DNA of 64,000 bases from an uncultured Acidobacteriota bacterium (GTDB lineage: Bacteria; Acidobacteriota; Thermoanaerobaculia; Gp7-AA8). The position numbers were made by a program, and so were the translations under genes. The notes under the pieces are model-generated. The model was not told the DNA's origin, made no database searches, and worked only from the letters and a program-made list of their open reading frames with translations. The first letter of the stretch is position 1, and every line of letters starts with the position of its first letter. The stretch covers positions 61,975 through 125,974 of the forward strand of contig CAVUKB010000013.1 in the NCBI GenBank assembly GCA_963741955.1. Reading direction: 5' to 3'. Shown here piece after piece: positions 42,060 to 51,591 of the stretch.

Positions 42060-43727
42060 TCAGTGTCCGCCGCTGACGTCGGCGAGCGCCTTCGTCCGAG
42101 CCGCTGCGAACTCGTCGCCCGGATTCCAGACCGGCATCTGATCCGCGTCTGCGATCGCCAGTCCGGCGAAGAAACCGAGCCGCGTATTTTCGATCATCCC
42201 ATCGAAGTTCCAGCTCGAATCGATCTCGTCGCTCGGCTGATGGTAGTGCTTCGCTTCCCACATCTCACGCTGGGTACGTCCCCAACCTTCGGGGCGTCCG
42301 ACGAAATCCGTGCCGCTTCCGAAGTAAAGCGCAGGCACTCCGATCTTGGCGAAGCTGAACTGGTCCGAGCGATAGTAGAAGCCGCGATCGGGGAACTGGT
42401 CGGGCTCCACCACCCGCCCCTGTTTTGCCGCGAATGCGGTCGCGATCCGGTCCAGCGACGACTTGCCCATTCCGATCAGGGTCAGGTCTTTCGTTTTCCC
42501 CAGGATGTTGCCGCCGTCGAAGTTGATGTCCGCTGCGATCTTTCCCGGCGCGAACGTCGGGTGGAGCGAGTAGTACTTCGATCCGAGAAGCCCCTGTTCT
42601 TCTCCTGCCACGAACAGAAACAGGATCGAGCGACGCGGACGTTCGGGAAGCGCCTGGAACGCTTCTGCGATCGACAGCACTTCCGCACATCCCGACGCGT
42701 TGTCGAGGGCACCGTTGTAGATCCGGTCCCCATTCGCGTCCGGACTGCCGACTCCGAGATGGTCGTGGTGAGCGGAGTAGACGACCACCTGATCTTTGAG
42801 ATCGGTGCCCGGGAGGAGTCCCAGGACATTGCCGGTGGTTTTGCGGGAGATCTCGTTCTTCAGGTCGATCGACGTCGTGATTCCGAGGGGCATCGGCCTG
42901 AAGTCGCGGCTCCGGGCGGACTGCGTCAACTTCGCGAGATCGAACCCTCCCATCTGGAGAAGCTTCTGAGCCGCCGCTTCGGTGAGCCAGCCGCGAACGT
43001 CGACCCGCGGTTCCGATTCGGCCGGAAGCTCGTACTGGACTCCTCCCCATGAAGTCTGGACCACCTGCCACGGATATCCGGCGGACGGGGTGGTATGGAT
43101 GATGATCGCGCCTGCCGCACCCTGGCGCGCGGCGCTCTCGTATTTGTAGGTCCATCGCCCGTAGTAGAGGCGCGTCTTTCCCTGGAACAGATTTGGATCC
43201 CAATCGGGATCGCTGTTGAGCATCACCAGAACCTTGCCGTGGAGATCCGCGCCTTTGAAATCGTCCCACTTGTATTCGGGCGCCTGAATTCCATAGCCGA
43301 CGAAGACGAGCTCGGCGTTCCTGATGTCGACCTCTGGCTTCTGGCGACCGCTGTAGGCCATGAACTCGCTGCCTTTGTCGAAGCTCACTTCGCCCGAACG
43401 CGTCTTGAAGCTCCACTTTTCGGGCATCTGGGAGTTGATCCCGACGATGTCGAACTTCTGCTGCCACGTTCCGTCGTCGTCGGCGGGCTGCAACCCGAGG
43501 TCCTCCATGCGTGTCTGCAGATAGAGGCGGGCCAGCTCGTCACCTCGAGTTGCCGGGCCTCTTCCTTCGAGAAGATCGTCCGCGAGGTAGTGAACGGGTG
43601 CCGCGAGGGTGTGAGCGTTGATTGCTTCCGCAGCCTTCTCGGCTCCGGGTGGAAGGCTCGTCGAGTCCGCGGCGAAAAGCGCCGACCCGGCGAGGAGAAC
43701 GGTGAGTGCGACGAGTGAGGTCTTCAT
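42060..43727 (-). CDS. Secreted M28 family peptidase with PA domain
   Basis: SAHHDHLG, GALDNASG, GEEQGLLGS, RSDQ, YHQPSD. Confidence 0.93.
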   Translation of the reverse strand: MKTSLVALTVLLAGSALFAADSTSLPPGAEKAAEAINAHTLAAPVHYLADDLLEGRGPATRGDELARLYLQTRMEDLGLQPADDDGTWQQKFDIVGINSQMPEKWSFKTRSGEVSFDKGSEFMAYSGRQKPEVDIRNAELVFVGYGIQAPEYKWDDFKGADLHGKVLVMLNSDPDWDPNLFQGKTRLYYGRWTYKYESAARQGAAGAIIIHTTPSAGYPWQVVQTSWGGVQYELPAESEPRVDVRGWLTEAAAQKLLQMGGFDLAKLTQSARSRDFRPMPLGITTSIDLKNEISRKTTGNVLGLLPGTDLKDQVVVYSAHHDHLGVGSPDANGDRIYNGALDNASGCAEVLSIAEAFQALPERPRRSILFLFVAGEEQGLLGSKYYSLHPTFAPGKIAADINFDGGNILGKTKDLTLIGMGKSSLDRIATAFAAKQGRVVEPDQFPDRGFYYRSDQFSFAKIGVPALYFGSGTDFVGRPEGWGRTQREMWEAKHYHQPSDEIDSSWNFDGMIENTRLGFFAGLAIADADQMPVWNPGDEFAAARTKALADVSGGH

Positions 43728-43788
43728 GGACACTGGGAATCTCCTTTCGGTGCATTGCGCGGCACTTCGCCGCCCCACCGGCCGGACA

Positions 43789-45189
43789 TCAGCCGACCAC
43801 CGGGGGAAAATAGGGAAGCGTCTGCGCGAACAGCCAACAGAGGAAAAGAACGATGGGTGCATGAAACATGAGCTGAAGAATCGAATACCCGGCGAGATCG
43901 CGGGCACGTGCGTTGAGGATTCCCATCAACGGAAGCATCCAGAACGGATTGATCAGATTCGGCAACGCCTCGGCGGCATTGTAGATCTGGACCGTCCATC
44001 CGAGATGTAACTTCCACGCGTTCGCAGCGGCCATCACGTACGGCGCCTCAACCACCCACTTCCCCCCTCCGGATGGTACGAACAGCCCGAGCAGCCCCGA
44101 GTACGCAGCGACGACGAGAGGAAACGTCGCTTTCGTGGTGACCGCGACGAAGAGATTCGCGAGCACTTTTTCGATCGAGGTCTTCGAGATCAAAGCGAAG
44201 ATGCCGGCGTAGAAGGGAAACTGGATCAGAACGCCTGCCGTCGCCGGTACCGACCGCGTCACCGCTCTGAGGAACGAGCGGGGTCGCCAGTGCAGGAGAA
44301 GCCCCGCGGTGAGAAAAGCAAAGTTGAAGGTGTTCAGGTCGAGCGCGGCGAGGCCCCCCTTCTCGGCGAGCTCGAAGAAGAGATAGGAAACCATGAGTGC
44401 GCCGATCAGAAGAGTGAGCACCGGACTCCGCTCCACCTTCTCCGCTGGAGTCTCCGCGGGCTCGTCGGCCACGACGAGCGGTTCGAACACCACGCCCATC
44501 TCTGCTGCGGTTCTGGCGTTCTCCCCAGAGGGGCAGGAGTAGTAGGCCACCGCCACCGAGACCGCGATGAGGATTGCGGCCATCAGCATGCTCTGCCACA
44601 GGAAAATGGTCTGGGTGAGCGGAATCACGCCGGTGATCGGAAGGAGCGCAGCAGGGATCGAAGAAGGCGTCGCCTGCAGAAGAGCCGCAGAAGAAGAAAG
44701 ACCGAGGGCCCAGACACTTCCGAGTCCGAGATACGCCGCGGCTCCGATCGCGCGATAGTCGACTCGCGGGAGTCGCCGGACCGTTTCGCGGACCAGCAGT
44801 CCGGTGAAGATGAGCGAGAGCCCCCACGAGACGAGCGAGCTGACCATCGCGAAGAATGCGACGAACGCGACCGCCCCCCTGGGAGTCCTCGGGATCGTTG
44901 CGAGCCAGCCGATCAGTCGCGCGAACGGGGGGGAGCTCGCGACCACGAAGCCGCCGATGATCACCAGAGCCATCTGCATGGTGAAAGGAACAAGGCCCCA
45001 GAATCCGTCTCCGAAGAGGCGCACGAGGTTTCCCGCGGGTTCGCCGAGAGCCACGCCCGCCCCGAATACCAACACGACGGCGGCGAGCGCAAAGACGAAC
45101 GCATCGGGAAAGTACTTTTCGCTCAGATCCGCGATCGTCCGACCGGCGCGGGCGAGTGGCGGCCCTTCCGGTGTTCTCTCGTTCTGCAT
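43789..45189 (-). CDS. atoE: Short-chain fatty acid transporter AtoE family
   Basis: PDAFVFA, FTMQM, LIQFPFYAGI, FVPSGGG, NLINPFW. Confidence 0.88.
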   Translation of the reverse strand: MQNERTPEGPPLARAGRTIADLSEKYFPDAFVFALAAVVLVFGAGVALGEPAGNLVRLFGDGFWGLVPFTMQMALVIIGGFVVASSPPFARLIGWLATIPRTPRGAVAFVAFFAMVSSLVSWGLSLIFTGLLVRETVRRLPRVDYRAIGAAAYLGLGSVWALGLSSSAALLQATPSSIPAALLPITGVIPLTQTIFLWQSMLMAAILIAVSVAVAYYSCPSGENARTAAEMGVVFEPLVVADEPAETPAEKVERSPVLTLLIGALMVSYLFFELAEKGGLAALDLNTFNFAFLTAGLLLHWRPRSFLRAVTRSVPATAGVLIQFPFYAGIFALISKTSIEKVLANLFVAVTTKATFPLVVAAYSGLLGLFVPSGGGKWVVEAPYVMAAANAWKLHLGWTVQIYNAAEALPNLINPFWMLPLMGILNARARDLAGYSILQLMFHAPIVLFLCWLFAQTLPYFPPVVG

Positions 45190-45261
45190 CCGGCCCTCCC
45201 GTTGCTCACGAACCGTCGAATTCTAAGGGATCTGCTGATTCTGATGCACTTCAAGGCGGAT

Positions 45262-45429
45262 CCAGGAGTCTGCCGCGGTAGAAACTGTCCTACTGCGAAC
45301 GCGGATCAGCGGTCCAAATCCGCCCGGATTTTCGGCGAGTAGCCACCGCTACGCACCTCAAACCCGAACGGATTTGGCCTCGCTGCTCCGCTTTCTCGCT
45401 ACGGACGGTTCTACCGCGCAGACGTCCCG
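45262..45429. mobile_element. MITE-like hairpin element, copy 1 (long form)
   Basis: Imperfect TIRs GGAGTCTGCCGCGGTAGAA / TTCTACCGCGCAGACGTCC; homologous in inverted orientation to 50233-50355. Confidence 0.75.
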
Positions 45430-45604
45430 CAGACCTCCTGGCCCGCGGCAGGGTCCGTTCTGGCGGGAAACGTGCAGCTTGGCCGGGTGGAATCGGCTCG
45501 ATCCGCGGTTCCGATCCCGGCCGGATCACCACGGCCGGGGGGTGGAAGCGCGCTTCGAAACCGGCTTGCCACATTCCCGACCGAAACGGAGGTTTCCAGC
45601 AGTC

Positions 45605-47476
45605 TTGGCTACAGCAGTCGACGAGCGGGTCAGGCAGCGATTCGCATCCGTTGCGCCAACGGCATACCCGCCGATCTCCGACTACGCGCTGATCGGGGAC
45701 AGCCGGAGCTCGGCCCTCGTTTCCAGCTCCGGTTCGATCGACTGGTGCTGCTGGCCGAGATTCGACTCTCCTTCGGTTTTCGCGCGCATTCTCGACTGGG
45801 AGGAAGGCGGGTACTTCAGGATTACCCCGACCTCGACCTTTCGTACCTCACGCCGCTATCTCGAGGCGACGAACATCCTCGAGACCACCTTTCACACGGA
45901 AGGGGGGAAAGCCACGCTCACCGATCTCATGCCGGCTCTCAGCGGCGACGAGAAACGCCGGATCCTCGTGCCGTTCCGCGAGATCGTCCGGCGGGTGGAG
46001 GGAGTCGACGGAGAGGTGCAGCTCCGGATGGATTTCGTGCCGCGGCCGAAGTACTCGCGATCGGGTGTGCGGCTGAAGAAACGGAGTGCCTTCGATGTCG
46101 CGGCGTCGACCCCTGGCGAGCTTCTCGATCTTCGAGCGACCGTTCCCCTCGAGCTCGAACAGGGGCGTGCGAGCGCAACGTTCGTCCTGAAGAGAAGAGA
46201 GCGTCAGTACTTCAGCATCTCCTACAGCAACGAAGGACCGGCGGTGCTTCCGAGTGTGGGAGAGCGCGCCGAGGAGATCCTGCGGCTTTCCACGGACTTC
46301 TGGCGCAAGTGGAGCGGGCATCTCGAGTATTCCGGTCCTTACCGCGATCTGGTGGTGAGGAGCGCGCTGGTTCTGAAGCTTCTTACGTATGCGCCGTCCG
46401 GCGCGATCATCGCCGCTCCTACGACTTCACTTCCGGAAGCGATCGGGAGTCACCGCAACTGGGACTACCGCTACTGCTGGTTGCGCGATGCTTCGTTTAC
46501 GGCCCGGGCCCTTTACGATCTCGGATTTCATGTGGAAGCGGAAGCGTACGTCCAATGGCTGCTGCAGGCCACGCATCTGACGCAGCCCGAGCTCCAGGTC
46601 CTTTACAGCGTTTACGGCGAATCGCATCTTCCGGAACGCGAGCTCGAGGATTTCGACGGCTATCGGAACTCCAGGCCGGTGCGGGTCGGCAATGGCGCGC
46701 ATGGACAGTTCCAGCTCGACGTGTATGGGGAAGTCATGATGGCGATGGAGCGCTTCGAAAGCGAAGGACGCCGCATCGACAAGGACACCCGTAAGCTGCT
46801 GGTCGGAATCGCGGAATACGTCTGCGATCACTGGGACGAGCCCGACAGCGGAATCTGGGAGATCCGCGGCGCGTCCGTTCAGCACACCCATGGCAAAGCG
46901 ATGGCCTGGGCCGCATTGGACTCTGCGATCCGGCTCGCAGAGCGCCTCGACGTTTCGGGGAATCTTCCCAAGTGGAAACGCGTGCGGGAGGAGATCCGCA
47001 ACACAGTCATGGAGAAAGGGTACAACCGGCAGCTTCAATCGTTCACGCGTGGCCTCGACGACGACAAGCTCGACGGCAGCCTTCTCACGCTCCCGCTGAT
47101 CGGATTCATCGACGGTGACCATCCGAAGATGCAATCGACGATCGATTTGATCCGCAAACGGCTCGGCCGGGGAGAACTCGTCTATCGTTACGTAAACATC
47201 GATGATGGCATCGGAGGAGCGGAAGGGGCCTTTCTGGCCTGCAGCTTCTGGCTGGTCAGTGCGCTCGCTCGAGCAGGAAGGATGGAAGAAGCTCACCAGA
47301 CTTTCGATGCACTCGCAAGCCGGGCGAACGACGTAGGACTCTACTCTGAAGAGATCGATCCCGACACGGGACTCTTCGTCGGGAACTTTCCGCAGGGGCT
47401 GACGCACATCGCTCTGATCAATGCCGCATTGAACCTGAGCGACGAAGAAGCGAAGCGGAGGCGCGGCGGAGCTTGA
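45605..47476 (+). CDS. GH15 glucoamylase/trehalase-like protein
   Basis: ISDYALIGD, RNWDYRYCWLRD, QLDVYGE, DSGIWEIR, GNFPQGLTH. TTG start with GGAGGT; the tracked 45374 start lies inside the MITE. Confidence 0.92.
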   Translation: MATAVDERVRQRFASVAPTAYPPISDYALIGDSRSSALVSSSGSIDWCCWPRFDSPSVFARILDWEEGGYFRITPTSTFRTSRRYLEATNILETTFHTEGGKATLTDLMPALSGDEKRRILVPFREIVRRVEGVDGEVQLRMDFVPRPKYSRSGVRLKKRSAFDVAASTPGELLDLRATVPLELEQGRASATFVLKRRERQYFSISYSNEGPAVLPSVGERAEEILRLSTDFWRKWSGHLEYSGPYRDLVVRSALVLKLLTYAPSGAIIAAPTTSLPEAIGSHRNWDYRYCWLRDASFTARALYDLGFHVEAEAYVQWLLQATHLTQPELQVLYSVYGESHLPERELEDFDGYRNSRPVRVGNGAHGQFQLDVYGEVMMAMERFESEGRRIDKDTRKLLVGIAEYVCDHWDEPDSGIWEIRGASVQHTHGKAMAWAALDSAIRLAERLDVSGNLPKWKRVREEIRNTVMEKGYNRQLQSFTRGLDDDKLDGSLLTLPLIGFIDGDHPKMQSTIDLIRKRLGRGELVYRYVNIDDGIGGAEGAFLACSFWLVSALARAGRMEEAHQTFDALASRANDVGLYSEEIDPDTGLFVGNFPQGLTHIALINAALNLSDEEAKRRRGGA

Positions 47477-47539
47477 ACAAAATCGGAGAATCGATGAACA
47501 GATTTCCATCGATGCATTTCACGAACCCGGAGCCGAACG

Positions 47540-48019
47540 ATGAACTTCGTTGACGTCACAGTCGGTGGCTTCGCGGCGACGGTCGTACTGACCACGATCG
47601 TTGCCGGAAGCCAGTCGATGGGGATCTCGCGGATGGATCTCTCGTTCATGCTCGGCACCATGGTCACGCCGGACCGCGACCGGGCACGGATCTACGGGTT
47701 CGCTCTTCACATGCTGAACGGGTGGGCATTCGCGTTCGTATACGCTCTCCTGTTCGAGCAGTTCCGCCGCGCCACATGGTGGGAGGGATCGATCTTCGGC
47801 TTCTTCCACGGTCTTTTCATGCTGGTCGTGCTCCTGCCGCTTCTTCCCGGTATCCATCCCAGGATGGTCTCGGATTTCGCGGGACCTGAACCGACCAGGG
47901 AACTGGAACCACCCGGATTTCTCGGCCTCAACTACGGCTACCGGACGCCACTGGTCAGCATCCTTGCGCACATCGTGTACGGGGCGATCATCGGTGCCTT
48001 CTACTCGCTCCACGGCTGA
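47540..48019 (+). CDS. Four-TM membrane protein of unknown function
   Basis: Hydrophobic helices with intramembrane His; HPRM, LEPPG, AHIVYG. Confidence 0.8.
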   Translation: MNFVDVTVGGFAATVVLTTIVAGSQSMGISRMDLSFMLGTMVTPDRDRARIYGFALHMLNGWAFAFVYALLFEQFRRATWWEGSIFGFFHGLFMLVVLLPLLPGIHPRMVSDFAGPEPTRELEPPGFLGLNYGYRTPLVSILAHIVYGAIIGAFYSLHG

Positions 48020-48074
48020 CCCCCGGGAATCGTCCTTGCTACTCAGCTTCTCGTCTGAAATGAAGGAGAACTCA

Positions 48075-49085
48075 ATGCACGAAACGAGAGGAGAAGTGGT
48101 CGTGATCACCGGTGCGTCCGCCGGAGTGGGCCGGGCGACCGCACGAAAATTCGCGAAACACGGCGCCAGGATCGGTCTCATCGCGCGCGGGCGTGACGGA
48201 CTGGAGGGGGCGAAACGCGACGTCGAAGCACTCGGTGGGGAAGCAGTGATCATCGAGGCAGATGTGGCGGATCCGGAGGCGATCGATCGCGCCGCGACGA
48301 CCGTCGAGGAGCGCTTCGGCCCGATCGACATCTGGATCAACAACGCCATGACCTCGGTGTTCGCACCGGTCAAGGAGACGAAGGCGGAGGAGTACAAGCG
48401 CGTGACCGAGGTGAACTTTCTCGGATTCGTCAACGGAACACTCGCCGCTCTTCACCGGATGCTGCCGCGCGATCGCGGAACGATCGTGCAGGTCGGATCC
48501 GCGCTGGCGCATCGCAGCATTCCGCTTCAGTCGGCCTACTGCGCGACGAAGCACGCCATCATCGGCTTTACCGACTCTCTTCGGTGCGAGCTGCTGCACG
48601 ACCAGAGCAACGTCAAGGTGTCGGTGGTCGACATGCCGGCTCTGAACACCCCGCAGTTCGACTGGGTCAGGAGCCGCCTGCCGAAAAAAGCGCAGCCCGT
48701 CCCTCCGATCTACCAGCCGGAAGTCGCTGCGGACGCCATCTACTGGGCCGCCCATCATCATCCGCGCGAGATGGCGGTCGGATGGTCGACTCTTCTGGTC
48801 ATGCTCGGACAGAAACTCGTGCCCGGCCTTGCGGACCACTATCTGGCGAGAACCGGCTACCAGTCACAACAGACGGACCAGCCGAGCGATCCGGATCGGC
48901 CGGACAACCTCTACAGCCCGGTTCCCGGAGATCATGGAGCACATGGGGACTTCGACGACAAGGCTCAGAGCGGGAGCAGTGAGTTGCGTTTGAGTGAGAA
49001 CCGGCTCTGGGTCGCGCTGGGGGGACTCGCGCTGGCCGGGTTGGTGCTCGGGACAGTGACCGGCACCAGACGAAAGGCTGCCTGA
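48075..49085 (+). CDS. SDR family oxidoreductase
   Basis: TGASAGVG, NNA, YCATK; C-terminal hydrophobic tail. Confidence 0.93.
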   Translation: MHETRGEVVVITGASAGVGRATARKFAKHGARIGLIARGRDGLEGAKRDVEALGGEAVIIEADVADPEAIDRAATTVEERFGPIDIWINNAMTSVFAPVKETKAEEYKRVTEVNFLGFVNGTLAALHRMLPRDRGTIVQVGSALAHRSIPLQSAYCATKHAIIGFTDSLRCELLHDQSNVKVSVVDMPALNTPQFDWVRSRLPKKAQPVPPIYQPEVAADAIYWAAHHHPREMAVGWSTLLVMLGQKLVPGLADHYLARTGYQSQQTDQPSDPDRPDNLYSPVPGDHGAHGDFDDKAQSGSSELRLSENRLWVALGGLALAGLVLGTVTGTRRKAA

Positions 49086-49250
49086 CGCAGAAGCCGGCCG
49101 CCGGGATTCCTTCTGCCGGAAAAAGGAAGAGAGAGCGGTCGAATCCGTCCTCACGATTCCGCCCCGGTACCGCAGCCGATCAGGCCGGCTCCGCCACCGG
49201 GGCGGAAAACGAGGGCCACTTCAACTGACCGCCCTCGATTTCCCGCCACT

Positions 49251-49526
49251 TCAAAACTGGGTGGGTTGCTGCTGCTGCTCGCGAACCGGTTCCTGCCGTT
49301 CACGACTCGCGCCGCGACTCTCGCCGCCCTTGCGACCGATCGCCGCCATGTGCTCCCGGTTTCTGCTCACGGATTCGCCACCTTTCCGCCCTGCGACTCG
49401 TGCCTCGTCCGAGGTGAACTCGTGAGCGGTGCCTTTGGCGTGGGCGGCTCTGCCACCCTTGCTGGCGATCTCCTTCTGTTTTGCCGGATCCATTGACGCG
49501 AAGCCGCGCCTGCTCGTGTCTGCCAT
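49251..49526 (-). CDS. KGG-repeat general stress protein (YciG/GsiB/Con-10-like)
   Basis: RGFASMD...IASKGG, AGRKGG, IGRKGG; strong GGAGGAG SD. Confidence 0.92.
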   Translation of the reverse strand: MADTSRRGFASMDPAKQKEIASKGGRAAHAKGTAHEFTSDEARVAGRKGGESVSRNREHMAAIGRKGGESRGASRERQEPVREQQQQPTQF

Positions 49527-49592
49527 AGCCATCTCCTCCTCCTGTATGATCTTCGCGGACCACAGACGGCAGGTCGCGCGGCACAGTTGTTC

Positions 49593-49608
49593 AGCAACAT
49601 GTGTGCCG
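49593..49608 (-). promoter_or_regulatory. sigma54-type -24/-12 promoter of the KGG gene
   Basis: CGGCACACATGTTGCT. Confidence 0.68.
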
Positions 49609-49859
49609 AAGCGGACCCGTTCATAAATCGGGCAAAACCCCTATTTTTAGAAAGTCCGATTTTCCTCTTTTTCCGGCCGGAACACAAAAAGAACGGCGAT
49701 GTTCCACGAGTTCCACGGCGTTCCACGGACGCCAACGAGTGTGGAATGTGCGAATTGCGCAGAGCTTCGGGTCCGGATGCAGAAGCGTCGGGGCCGCACG
49801 CCGGCAAAGGCGCGAGATGGGAAAATACTTCCAGGAAGGAGGGAAGAAAAAGGAAAAAA

Positions 49860-49952
49860 TGGCGGAGAGAGAGGGATTCGAACCCTCGGAAGCGTTTAAC
49901 ACACTTCGGCGGTTTAGCAAACCGCTGGATTAAGCCACTCTCCCATCTCTCC
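49860..49952 (-). tRNA. tRNA-Ser(GCT)
   Basis: GGAGAGA/TCTCTCC acceptor stem, GCGGT-TTGCTAA-ACCGC, long variable arm, GTTCGAATC, GCCA end. Confidence 0.95.
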
Positions 49953-50085
49953 GGACAGGTGTGAACCGCCGCCTACAACCGCGGCCGGGCACGCCTTATT
50001 CTAGTCGACTACGATTCGTATTCCTACCAGCTACCGCGACGCTCGAGCTCCACTCGCAGGAGGGGGAAAAGAGGGGGACAAAGGC

Positions 50086-50177
50086 TGGCGGAGGAGGTGG
50101 GATTCGAACCCACGGTACCGGTCACCCGGTACGGCGGTTTTCAAGACCGCTGCCTTAAACCACTCGACCACTCCTCC
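50086..50177 (-). tRNA. tRNA-Ser(TGA)
   Basis: GGAGGAG/CTCCTCC acceptor stem, GCGGT-CTTGAAA-ACCGC, long variable arm, GCCA end. Confidence 0.96.
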
Positions 50178-50232
50178 GGACGGATGTCGCAACGCTTGCC
50201 GTCGAAGCTGAATTTCGGCCGAACGGCCGCCT

Positions 50233-50355
50233 CTAGGAGTCTGCGCGATAGAAACGTCCGTAGCGAGAAAGCGGAGCAACGAGGCCAAATTCGTTCGGAT
50301 TTGGACCGCTGATCCGCTTTCGCAGCAGGACAGTTTCTACCGCGCAGACTCCTAG
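50233..50355. mobile_element. MITE-like hairpin element, copy 2 (short form) bounded by CTAG
   Basis: CTAGGAGTCTGCGCGATAGAAAC ... GTTTCTACCGCGCAGACTCCTAG, 22 of 23 positions complementary. Confidence 0.82.
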
Positions 50356-50377
50356 GATGCGTGAGCGTCAGCGCAGT

Positions 50378-51550
50378 TCAGGGTAGAAGGTTCACGTCGA
50401 GGGTGATCCTGAGCTTCAGCTTCTTGTGCCGCCGCAGCTCTTCGACGGAGATGTTCAAGGGGAGCGTCACCTCGCGGACCAGTCCATCCGCCACGCGTCG
50501 TTCAGCCGGCGCGGGAGGCGGTTCATCGCCGCGCTCTTCCCCGAGAACCGGAAGGGACCTGCGAAGCTCGCCGGGAAGCGGGATCTCCACCGATGTGACT
50601 GGTACTTCGACCGAGGGCTCTTCTTCCTGCTGCGGAACTGTGGCCGAAGCCGCCTCCTTCGAGGAGAAGGATTCGAGGACCTCGTCGAAAGGACTCCGCG
50701 GAGAGAATGGCTGCGCCGGTTGAGCCGACGACACGAGCTCCGTCTCCACCATCGGCATCTGCTCCCCTTCGTCGGCGTCCTCGAGGACGAACGGATCCCC
50801 CTCACCGCCTGCTGCGGGCGGTGCACTGCTCGCGGCGGTTTGTGAGGAAGATGCCGACAGCACGTTCTCGTCGGACCACACCGACTCCTCCGCGGGACGT
50901 GGTTCCGCGGAAGGGGCGTTCAGGACCTGAAGCTCTTTCTCGATCGGCTCCGATCCCTCCAGCCCGTACTTCATCACCAGGTGCTCGAGGACGAGCTGGG
51001 TGATTCCCTTCAGGGTCTCTTCCACTCCGAAGCCGGTCGTGGCCACCGATTCGAAGGTCGGAACTTTCAACCGGTTCACCGACTCTTCGAGCTCCGGTAC
51101 CGGAAGAGCGTTCGGAAGGTCGCGCTTGTTGAACTGCATCACCAGAGGAATCTCGCCGATCCTGACGCCCTGCCGCTTGAGGTTGTCCTCCAGATTCTGA
51201 AGGCTCTCGAGATTCGCGTCGACTGCGAAATCCTGGCTGTCCGCGACGAACACCACGCCGTCCGCACCCTTCAGCACGAGCTGACGGGTGGAGTTGTAGT
51301 AGACCTGTCCGGGAACCGTGTAGAGCTGCAGTTTGGTCCGCATTCCGCGGATCTTTCCGAGGTCGAGGGGAAGGAAATCGAAGAAGAGCGTCCGGTCCGT
51401 CTTCGTGGCCAGCGAGAGCATCTTGCTCTTATTGTTCGACGGCAGCGAATCGTACACGAACTGAAGATTCGTCGTCTTCCCGCAGAGTCCCGGACCGTAA
51501 TAGACGATCTTTGCGGTGATTTCCTTCGTTGCGTAGTTGAAGAGAACCAT
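50378..51550 (-). CDS. MglA-like small GTPase with long acidic/Pro-rich C-terminal extension
   Basis: KIVYYGPGLCGKTTNL, DRTLFFDFLP, LYTVPGQ, NKRD. Confidence 0.92.
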   Translation of the reverse strand: MVLFNYATKEITAKIVYYGPGLCGKTTNLQFVYDSLPSNNKSKMLSLATKTDRTLFFDFLPLDLGKIRGMRTKLQLYTVPGQVYYNSTRQLVLKGADGVVFVADSQDFAVDANLESLQNLEDNLKRQGVRIGEIPLVMQFNKRDLPNALPVPELEESVNRLKVPTFESVATTGFGVEETLKGITQLVLEHLVMKYGLEGSEPIEKELQVLNAPSAEPRPAEESVWSDENVLSASSSQTAASSAPPAAGGEGDPFVLEDADEGEQMPMVETELVSSAQPAQPFSPRSPFDEVLESFSSKEAASATVPQQEEEPSVEVPVTSVEIPLPGELRRSLPVLGEERGDEPPPAPAERRVADGLVREVTLPLNISVEELRRHKKLKLRITLDVNLLP

Positions 51551-51562
51551 GCGTAGGAATCG

Positions 51563-51591
51563 AGGTTAGCCGAGCCCCGCGGTCGTGTCAA
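51563..51591 (-). promoter_or_regulatory. sigma70-type promoter of the MglA-like gene
   Basis: TTGACA-N17-TAACCT, ending 12 nt before the ATG. Confidence 0.65.

Noticed and set aside
45374-45604. N-terminal extension of GH15 (MASLLRFLATDG...) and the similar ORF 50031-50288
   Set aside because: Both are translations of the MITE copies, not real protein starts.
49701-49727. CRISPR array or additional parS
   Set aside because: Repeats are 8 bp with 1-2 bp gaps and only half-sites; no cas genes and no repeat-spacer array anywhere in the window.
50086-50177. Selenocysteine or suppressor tRNA
   Set aside because: The anticodon on the coding strand is TGA (Ser, reads UCA), not TCA; normal 7-bp acceptor stem.
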